64,000 nt of DNA from an uncultured Hyphomicrobiales bacterium (GTDB lineage Bacteria > Bacteroidota > Ignavibacteria > Kapaibacteriales > UBA2268): assembly GCA_964544155.1 (NCBI GenBank), contig CAZJAH010000001.1, positions 23,304 through 87,303 on the forward strand, read 5' to 3'. The stretch's first letter is position 1. Each line of letters begins with the position of its first letter. Shown here piece after piece: positions 57,748-64,000 of this stretch. A program made the translations under genes and the position numbers. The notes under the pieces were generated by a model. It was not told the DNA's origin and did not search any database. It saw only the letters and a program-made list of their open reading frames with translations.

Positions 57748-58528
57748 TACCGGATAATCTTGCAGTAATTAATTTTTCTATTTCTTTTCTTACAGAAGCG
57801 TTGATATTATCATTTCTTAAAGATAGTGCGGATCTGTTCAGTTCATCTACAGTGCTTTTAAAAGCCAAAAGCGCGTTATTTGTATCTTTAATATTATCAA
57901 TCATTTCCGGATTTGGCTTAAGAGCATCGGACTGATTTTGATTCATTATTTTCAGTTCTTTCATGATTTGCTGCTGTCCGGAAATCATGAGCGAAATATT
58001 TTCATTGAATTTTTCAAGCTGAACAACGGCCAGGGCAAAATCCTTACCAATTTCTCCTATTTCCGTAAGCAGTTCTTCTGAAATATCTTCTTCATCTTCT
58101 TCATCGAAATAAATTTCCTCATCGGGTGAAAATAACATAACCACAAACATAAAGAGCAGCATAAGGGCTTCGAATATAATGCCTACTATCACGATATTAT
58201 CGCTAATTTCGTCGCTAAAGCGCCTTATACCTATAAGTACAAGTAAAATTGCAGCGCCAAAATACACAAATGAATTGATGGCCGAAAAATAATGCCTGTT
58301 GACGACCTCTTCCATCCAGAGCGATGAACCGCGGATAAATCCCAGAGGATGATTTACCCTTATGTTTTCCTTAATATATTTATTTAATTCTCTTTCGAAT
58401 GTACAGATTCGCCAGAGTAATATCAAGACAGAGATCCCTGAGCGCTGCTTTTCGTACCTAAGCTCACTGAAAATTTTCTGTAGTAATTTTCTTCCCTTTC
58501 CGGAAGAAAGCGTTACAATGCTTTCCAT
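57731..58528 (-). CDS. Two-TM membrane protein, GldL/PorL-like
   Basis: TM1 FVYFGAAILLVLIGIRRF resembles GldL YGMGAAVVIVGALFKI. TM2 IVIVGIIFEALMLLF...LFSPDEE resembles GldL LLTEAAIFALSAFEPVEDE. A cytoplasmic acidic/coiled-coil tail follows. The longest ORF starts at 58528. An internal ATG at 58315 (M72) removes an 80-aa extension and gives a 194-aa protein in which the TM Glu is residue 49, as in GldL. Confidence 0.5.
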   Translation of the reverse strand: MESIVTLSSGKGRKLLQKIFSELRYEKQRSGISVLILLWRICTFERELNKYIKENIRVNHPLGFIRGSSLWMEEVVNRHYFSAINSFVYFGAAILLVLIGIRRFSDEISDNIVIVGIIFEALMLLFMFVVMLFSPDEEIYFDEEDEEDISEELLTEIGEIGKDFALAVVQLEKFNENISLMISGQQQIMKELKIMNQNQSDALKPNPEMIDNIKDTNNALLAFKSTVDELNRSALSLRNDNINASVRKEIEKLITARLSGNETKD

Positions 58529-58544
58529 TATTTTTAACCGCTAA

Positions 58545-58582
58545 TTCGTATTAAGTATAATTGTTCGTATTAAGTATAATTG
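58545..58582. repeat. Exact tandem duplication of a 19-bp unit (TTCGTATTAAGTATAATTG x2)
   Basis: Read directly. Located 17 bp upstream of the ORF start of the GldL-like gene, between it and the lptFG-family gene. Each unit contains a TATAAT-like hexamer. Confidence 0.7.
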
Positions 58583-58605
58583 ATTAAATCATTTATGAGT
58601 ATTTG

Positions 58606-59685
58606 CTAAGTTCTTGTCTTAAATAAATTAACTAATCCAGCTATTAAAAACAAAATATTAGCCATCCACCCCGAAATAACCGGGTGGATATTCGAGGCAT
58701 ATCCTATGGTCTGGCCGATTTCGGCAAATATCATGTACGAGAAGGATATTACCATCGCAGCGCCTATTTGTACGGCTATGCCTCCTTTCTTTTTTACAGA
58801 AGCAAAAGGTACGCCAAAAAGTATAACAATAATATTAGCAACCGGGAACGCGAGCTGCCCGTGATAATCGATCAACTGCCGCCTCACATCTTTGCCGCCT
58901 TGCTTAAGCAATTCAATATAATCGCGGTATTCGTCAAATGTCATTTCGTCCGGTGATTTTTGTAATTTTATGAGCTGGTTATGTGAAAGATCAATATTTG
59001 CCACTGCAGAATCAAAAGTTATTGCTTTTACTTCTGTTCCCGTGTAATCGCGCTTTACCCCTTGATACATGATCCATCGCGAATCTGTAGAATCCCATTT
59101 GATCCTTTCGGATTCGGTACGTGATACCAGCCTGGGTTTCAATTCCGAACTGTATTCCTCTACTACCGCGTTGATACCTGTAAGTATCGACCAGTCATAA
59201 TGCTGCATGATGACATTTCTTCCGGGCGCGTCTCTGAAGTATAGATTATATATCGGGCCTCCGGTTTCGCTTTTGTTTAAATATTCCCTTTCAATTAGAA
59301 GTTTCTCACTATTGGCTTTGGGAACAATCCACCCGTTAAAATAAAGCTGAAGGCCGCTGAAAAAAATACTGAATATTAGAAGAGGCAGCATGAATATATA
59401 CAGGCTCATTCCGCCTGATTTCATAGCGGTTATTTCATTATTTGTTGATAACCTGCCGACAGTAAATAATGTGGCAAGCAGTACTGCAACAGGTGCTAAC
59501 AGTTTGAGGATTTCAGGTATATAGTATAAGTAATACCTGGTTATTATACCCGCTCCGGCGTTTTGATCCAGAAATTCATCCATGGTCTCCATAAGATTGA
59601 CTACGATGAAGATCACGCACAAAGCAATAAGCGCGAATAATAGCGTTAAAATAAACTGCCGGAATACATATCGGGCTATCAACAT
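58606..59685 (-). CDS. LptF/LptG family permease (YjgP/YjgQ)
   Basis: Six TM helices with a large periplasmic beta-jellyroll insert between TM3 and TM4. The N-terminal motif MLIARYVFRQFI is typical of LptF/G. Length 359 aa. Confidence 0.75.
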   Translation of the reverse strand: MLIARYVFRQFILTLLFALIALCVIFIVVNLMETMDEFLDQNAGAGIITRYYLYYIPEILKLLAPVAVLLATLFTVGRLSTNNEITAMKSGGMSLYIFMLPLLIFSIFFSGLQLYFNGWIVPKANSEKLLIEREYLNKSETGGPIYNLYFRDAPGRNVIMQHYDWSILTGINAVVEEYSSELKPRLVSRTESERIKWDSTDSRWIMYQGVKRDYTGTEVKAITFDSAVANIDLSHNQLIKLQKSPDEMTFDEYRDYIELLKQGGKDVRRQLIDYHGQLAFPVANIIVILFGVPFASVKKKGGIAVQIGAAMVISFSYMIFAEIGQTIGYASNIHPVISGWMANILFLIAGLVNLFKTRT

Positions 59686-59820
59686 TTTTTAATTAAATTT
59701 TTCAATAAACAAAAAACGCAATATAAATAAAATGCGTATTATGATGACGTTTTATGGCATTATTGGTTAATATTTCGAGTGATTTTCTCGCGCATTTACT
59801 GTATAACCCTGGTATGCAGC

Positions 59821-59850
59821 ACAAAAAAAAGGAGGCAAATTAATGCCTCC
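59821..59850 (-). terminator. Rho-independent terminator downstream of csbD
   Basis: On the - strand, GGAGGCA-ttaatt-TGCCTCC is followed by TTTTTTTTGT. Confidence 0.6.
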
Positions 59851-59878
59851 TTTGTGCAATCTAAACAGATTAATAGGT

Positions 59879-60067
59879 TTAGCCCCAGCTTTTTATTTTC
59901 TTAACAATTGTGTCCCTTGTTTGTCCGGTTTTCTTTTGTATCCTGCCTATTAATTCCTCATCGCGTCCTTCTTCCCTTTTAAGATCATCGTCTGTAAGCT
60001 CACCCCATTCCTGTTTAAGTTTGCCTTTTATTTCGTTCCAGTTACCTTTAATTTCAAGCTTATCCAT
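59879..60067 (-). CDS. csbD: CsbD-family general stress protein
   Basis: [29 protein letters not shown]... matches the CsbD pattern (KGKWNE.KGK.KE.WG.LTDDDL). I chose the start at M11 of the track ORF. Confidence 0.7.
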   Translation of the reverse strand: MDKLEIKGNWNEIKGKLKQEWGELTDDDLKREEGRDEELIGRIQKKTGQTRDTIVKKIKSWG

Positions 60068-60288
60068 AGCTGTTCTCCATTTTTGTGAATTCAACAATTT
60101 TAATTAAGTGTAATTTATTCTATCCTTGTCCCGAGCCGTCCTGTTTGTGAATAACCGGGGTAGCCTTAATGCTAGCGGTTATCTACCCGGCTCGTTTCAA
60201 GGCGGCATTTTTATTGTCATGTATTTCTATTATCATGTATTTCCATTGGCTGTAATCTGTATTATCGTGAAAGCTGATAAACATCGAA

Positions 60289-60474
60289 CTAAACCTTGCT
60301 TCGTCCTCTTACCAAATGCGCTACGAAGCTGATTATAAGGAATACCAAAAAAATCCAGAAAAGTATTTGAGCAATTCCTGCAAATGCTGAAGCTATCCCT
60401 CCAAAACCAAATAACGCGGCTACAAGTGCGAGAACCAGTAATATTACTACCCATCCTAACATAATGTACTCCAT
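60289..60474 (-). CDS. DUF1328 family small membrane protein (YtjA-like)
   Basis: MEYIMLGWVVILLVLALVAALFGFGGIASAFAGIAQILFWIFLVFLIISFVAHLVRGR: two TM helices, a GFGG motif and a basic C-terminus. Confidence 0.7.
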   Translation of the reverse strand: MEYIMLGWVVILLVLALVAALFGFGGIASAFAGIAQILFWIFLVFLIISFVAHLVRGRSKV

Positions 60475-60544
60475 ATATCGATGAAAAAAATTAACTAATA
60501 TTAATATTTCTACTGAAGAGTACGATAGAAATAATTAATTATTT

Positions 60545-61603
60545 TTAATGTCCGAGAGGTTTTATTTTTTCACCCAGTACATTTTGAACATATAGAACCT
60601 GTATTACCACGATGGCCGCGACCAGTAAAGGCGTTGCCAAGGCCAGGCCGTATCCTCCCCCTACAAGGCCAAGTAGTATCTGGGCGGAAAAAAGTAGGGC
60701 AGGCGGCAGGGATACCGCTCTTTCCTGCACCATTGGTGTAATGACATAACTTTCCAGGGTTTGTACGGCAAAGTACACAATTATTACATATAGTATTTTA
60801 TCCGGGCCTTGAATAAACGCTACCGGTAAAGCGGAAAGCAATGAAAGGATAGGCCCAATGTTAGGAATAAAGGATAGAACGGCTGCTATAATAGCAAGGA
60901 GTAGCGCCAACGGCAGACCGATTATGAGATAACCGATCAAAGTAAGGATACCGACCACTATCATTGATATTATCCTTCCAAGTAGCCACATTTTTAGCGA
61001 TGTATAAAGTGATTTCATCAAATCTGAAACTGAATTCCGGTGCCTGCGCGGAAAAAGAATGATGAAATTATCAATATAAACCCTTGGATTTATCGAAAGA
61101 AAAATCGCTATCAGAACAATGATAACAATATGCATGGCAAAATTCATTGCTGAAGCCAGAAATCCCGTGATATTTCCCAGTTGCTTGCTGCCAAAGTCCA
61201 TAAGCCGGTCAATCCCGGGAAAATTATCTATCACTTCACGGCCCCATTTCTTCCCCTGCAAATAGTCCTTTATATCAGAAATTGATTTCTGAATAACCTC
61301 AGACAGCTTATCCACCTGAGCAACTATGGAATCACCGGTAAGCCAAAGTATCCCTGAAGGTATTAATGCTAAAAGAACAATAACTACTGTCAGGGCAGCT
61401 CCTCTGTTAAGAAAAGTTTTTTTCACCAGGAAATCCGAAGTGCCGTTAATCAAAACCCCAAGCAGTATCCCTGTGAATATGATAAGTAAGATCTGAACTA
61501 TGGGATTAATGATATAAATAAGCCCGGCGGCCATTAGCAGCAGCGCGACTATTTTTAGAAGCCTGTCAAGCCTGTCTTTGTCAAGTGTTCTTTGCTTTGC
61601 CAT
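60545..61603 (-). CDS. AI-2E family transporter (PerM/UPF0118)
   Basis: Eight TM helices. Conserved FIPNIGP motif and a C-terminal G-rich helix (LGLVGGGYGLALATPL). Length 352 aa. Confidence 0.75.
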   Translation of the reverse strand: MAKQRTLDKDRLDRLLKIVALLLMAAGLIYIINPIVQILLIIFTGILLGVLINGTSDFLVKKTFLNRGAALTVVIVLLALIPSGILWLTGDSIVAQVDKLSEVIQKSISDIKDYLQGKKWGREVIDNFPGIDRLMDFGSKQLGNITGFLASAMNFAMHIVIIVLIAIFLSINPRVYIDNFIILFPRRHRNSVSDLMKSLYTSLKMWLLGRIISMIVVGILTLIGYLIIGLPLALLLAIIAAVLSFIPNIGPILSLLSALPVAFIQGPDKILYVIIVYFAVQTLESYVITPMVQERAVSLPPALLFSAQILLGLVGGGYGLALATPLLVAAIVVIQVLYVQNVLGEKIKPLGH

Positions 61604-61778
61604 AATTGTTAATTGCTTGTCATTTATGTCAATAGACTAATTTAAGCAATAATTATTAATTATTCATTAAGCAGCCAGATTTTTCTGCCGTCTTTAATTA
61701 CAATTTCTTAATTAAGAAACGTCTCACATAGTGATAATTACATTATATTAATTATTCAAAAATAGAAAGGAATAATCT

Positions 61779-62207
61779 ATGCCAGTAAGTAAATCACAAG
61801 CTGTTTGGGAAGGTAACCTTCCTGAAGGAAAAGGTAAAATGACGGTAGGTAATAATGCCTATACCGGAAACTATTCATTCAAATCGAGATTCGAAGAAGG
61901 CGAAGGGACTAATCCCGAAGAGCTCATCGGAGCCGCCCATGCAGGATGCTATTCCATGGCGCTTTCTCACCTGATCGCCGAAAACGGATTTACTCCCATC
62001 AAAGTGGATACATCAGCAAATGTAAAGCTGGAGAAAAAGGGTGACGGCTTTGAGATCACTCAGATCGAATTGCACACAAAAGTAAAAGCCGGGGGCCTGA
62101 GCGAAGATAAATTCATGGAATTTGCCAACGGCGCGAAGGAAGGATGTTCCGTATCCAAGGCTCTCAAGGCTGTTGATATCAAATTAAACGCGAAATTAGA
62201 AAAATAA
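61779..62207 (+). CDS. osmC: OsmC family peroxiredoxin
   Basis: Two catalytic Cys in AHAGCYSMAL and KEGCSVSKAL. Length 142 aa. Confidence 0.8.
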   Translation: MPVSKSQAVWEGNLPEGKGKMTVGNNAYTGNYSFKSRFEEGEGTNPEELIGAAHAGCYSMALSHLIAENGFTPIKVDTSANVKLEKKGDGFEITQIELHTKVKAGGLSEDKFMEFANGAKEGCSVSKALKAVDIKLNAKLEK

Positions 62208-62222
62208 TATAGAGGAATTTAT

Positions 62223-62741
62223 ATGGGACTCGAAGGTAAGAAAATAGCAATTTTCGTAGCTGATATGTACGAGGATATCGAATTCTGGTATCCATACTAC
62301 AGAATGAAAGAAGAGGGCGCTGATGTGGTCGTTATCGGACCTAAAAACGGTACCTATACAGGCAAGAAATGCCTGAAGGTAACCGCCGACAGCTCAATTA
62401 AAGAAGTAACTCCGGCTGATTTCGACGGACTGATAATACCCGGCGGGTACGCCCCTGACCATATCAGGCGCAAATTTGAGATGATAGACTTTGTAAGAAA
62501 AATGAATGAGGAAGAAAAACCCATCGCGGCTATTTGCCATGCCGCCTGGGTACTGGCTTCAGCAGGTTTGCTCAAGAACCGTAATGTGACCAGTTTCTTT
62601 TCGATAAAGGACGACTTAGTTAATGCCGGTGCCTACTGGACAGACCAGGAAGTCGTAGAAGACGGGAATCTGATCACTTCCAGAAATCCTGATGATCTTC
62701 CTGTTTTCTGTAAAACTATTATTAAAGTACTAAGCGTATGA
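62223..62741 (+). CDS. DJ-1/PfpI family protein (intracellular protease/glyoxalase-like)
   Basis: Nucleophile elbow AAICHAAW, and GGYAPD with DGNLITSR. Length 172 aa. Confidence 0.85.
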   Translation: MGLEGKKIAIFVADMYEDIEFWYPYYRMKEEGADVVVIGPKNGTYTGKKCLKVTADSSIKEVTPADFDGLIIPGGYAPDHIRRKFEMIDFVRKMNEEEKPIAAICHAAWVLASAGLLKNRNVTSFFSIKDDLVNAGAYWTDQEVVEDGNLITSRNPDDLPVFCKTIIKVLSV

Positions 62742-62773
62742 TTAATGAATAAATTTATGACGGTTGAAATTTT

Positions 62774-63763
62774 ATGGAATATACTGACATCAAAGGAGTT
62801 AAAGAGAAACAGGCCAGGATTGGATTAGGGACATGGGCCATCGGAGGATGGATGTGGGGCGGAACCGACGAAAAGGAATCTATCAAAACCATACATACAG
62901 CCCTTGATAAAGGAATAAACATGATTGACACGGCACCTGCTTACGGATTCGGCAAGTCTGAGGAAATTACCGGAAAAGCGATAAAGGAATACGGCGGAAG
63001 AGAAAAGATCGTTCTTGCCACAAAGACAGCCCTGGAATGGGATGACAATGAAAATGTGAAAAGAAACGCCACAAAAGAAAGAATTTTCAAAGAAATTGAG
63101 GATTCGCTCAGGAGGCTTCAAACAGATTACATTGACATTTACCAGGTGCATTGGCCCGATCCGCTTGTAGATGTAGAAGAGACCGCCGAAGCAATGACAG
63201 CACTAATTGATGATGGCAAAATACTTGCTGCGGGTGTCAGCAATTTCAGCCCTAAGCAAATGGAGAAATTCAAATCCGTATGCCCTTTAAGCACAAATCA
63301 GCCGCCCTATAACCTATTCGAACGCGAAATCGAGGATGATGTACTCCCCTGGTGCCGGGATAATGACATTAAGCTCATTACTTACGGAGCATTGTGCAGA
63401 GGTATGCTTAGCGGCAAAATGTCAACGGATAGAGAATTCAAGGGCGACGATCTCAGGCAGGCTGACCCCAAATTCCAGCAGCCGAGGTTTGACCAATACC
63501 TTAAAGCCACGGAGCTGCTCAAGCAATTCGCCAAAGAAAAATACGGTAAAGACCTCATACACCTTGCGGTAAGGTGGCTGCTCGATCATGGCGCTGATAT
63601 TTCGCTATGGGGCGCGAGAAAGCCCTCGCAGCTTGATAATCTGGAAGGAGTCTGGGGGTGGAATCTCAGCGATAAGGATATGGAAGAAATTGACGGCATC
63701 ATCACCCGGAATGTTAAAGACCCGGTAGGCCCTGAATTTATGGCTCCTCCATCAAGAAAATAA
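62774..63763 (+). CDS. Aldo/keto reductase
   Basis: LGTWAIGG...IDTAPAYG...YQVHWPD plus the catalytic tetrad context. Length 329 aa. Confidence 0.85.
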   Translation: MEYTDIKGVKEKQARIGLGTWAIGGWMWGGTDEKESIKTIHTALDKGINMIDTAPAYGFGKSEEITGKAIKEYGGREKIVLATKTALEWDDNENVKRNATKERIFKEIEDSLRRLQTDYIDIYQVHWPDPLVDVEETAEAMTALIDDGKILAAGVSNFSPKQMEKFKSVCPLSTNQPPYNLFEREIEDDVLPWCRDNDIKLITYGALCRGMLSGKMSTDREFKGDDLRQADPKFQQPRFDQYLKATELLKQFAKEKYGKDLIHLAVRWLLDHGADISLWGARKPSQLDNLEGVWGWNLSDKDMEEIDGIITRNVKDPVGPEFMAPPSRK

Positions 63764-63796
63764 TAAGATTGTAAAATAAATAAGCGGATATAGCTA

Positions 63797-64000
63797 ATGG
63801 AAACAAAAAATATTAATATTGGCAGTACGGATATGCTGAAGGACGGAGAGAAGAAACTGATCGAGGTAGCGGATAAGGAAATACTCTTAGCCAGAGTCGA
63901 TGGGAAGTACTACGCTACAGGCCATACCTGCCCTCATTACGGCGCTCCGCTTGAAGATGGACTTCTACACGGCAAACGTCTGGTCTGCCCCTGGCATCAT
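63797..64000 (+). CDS. Rieske [2Fe-2S] domain protein (5' partial; continues past the window end)
   Basis: CPHYGAPL ... CPWHH: both Rieske CxH / CxxH boxes are visible before the window ends. Confidence 0.6.
   Translation, partial: METKNINIGSTDMLKDGEKKLIEVADKEILLARVDGKYYATGHTCPHYGAPLEDGLLHGKRLVCPWHH

Noticed and set aside
57731-58528. 80-aa N-terminal extension of the GldL-like ORF as a real domain
   Set aside because: The homology-like region begins at M72 and puts the TM Glu at residue 49. The upstream 71 codons have no recognisable features, so they are probably untranslated. I kept the full ORF coordinates but flagged the internal start.
4598-58582. Tandem repeats as a possible CRISPR array
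   Set aside because: Each array has only 2-3 units of 19-21 bp directly abutting, with no spacers, and no cas genes are nearby. They are simple tandem duplications.

Overview
This is a 64 kb chromosomal segment of about 40% GC, probably from an FCB-group bacterium (Bacteroidota or Ignavibacteriota-like). That placement rests on DUF2147, a GldL/GldM-like pair, TPR lipoproteins and mixed Shine-Dalgarno usage, and is an inference. It is gene-dense and mostly housekeeping or envelope functions, with no transposase, integrase or CRISPR array.

Main content, left to right:
- A Kgd/OdhA-type 2-oxoglutarate dehydrogenase with a fused lipoyl-less E2 domain, ptsN, a fused nucleotidyltransferase/phosphomannomutase, an epimerase, a penicillin-acylase-family hydrolase, pgeF and comEC.
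- A peroxiredoxin, glmS, an ECF sigma / anti-sigma / periplasmic protein operon, greA, ribBA, yajC and tgt.
- A partner-switching module: a REC-PP2C phosphatase, a membrane GAF-PP2C phosphatase, a STAS antagonist and an RsbW-like kinase.
- A split System I cytochrome c maturation cluster: ccmC and ccmD, a convergent TPR protein, then ccmE (CxxxY variant), ccmF and ccmG.
- tRNA-Arg(TCT) and the SRP RNA, followed by an rng-dxr-rseP-surE operon.
- A signalling cluster (DUF3391-like protein, HDOD protein, histidine kinase, REC-histidine kinase hybrid), then a GT4 glycosyltransferase, a SAM methyltransferase and an MFS transporter.
- An archaeal-type gene pair: a PP-loop ATPase followed by a DUF123 nuclease frameshifted in a T10 tract.
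- A tolC-RDD-macA-macB-permease export operon.
- A stress island: csbD, DUF1328, AI-2E transporter, OsmC, DJ-1/PfpI, aldo-keto reductase and a Rieske protein.

The most interesting candidate is an orphan two-gene GldL/GldM-like (PorL/PorM-like) motor pair at 56263..58528. It conserves the transmembrane Glu49 and Arg9 positions but has no gldK or gldN neighbours, and its periplasmic partner lacks the helical D1 domain. Several short exact tandem repeats sit in intergenic or promoter positions, and one in-frame 21-bp duplication lies inside macA.
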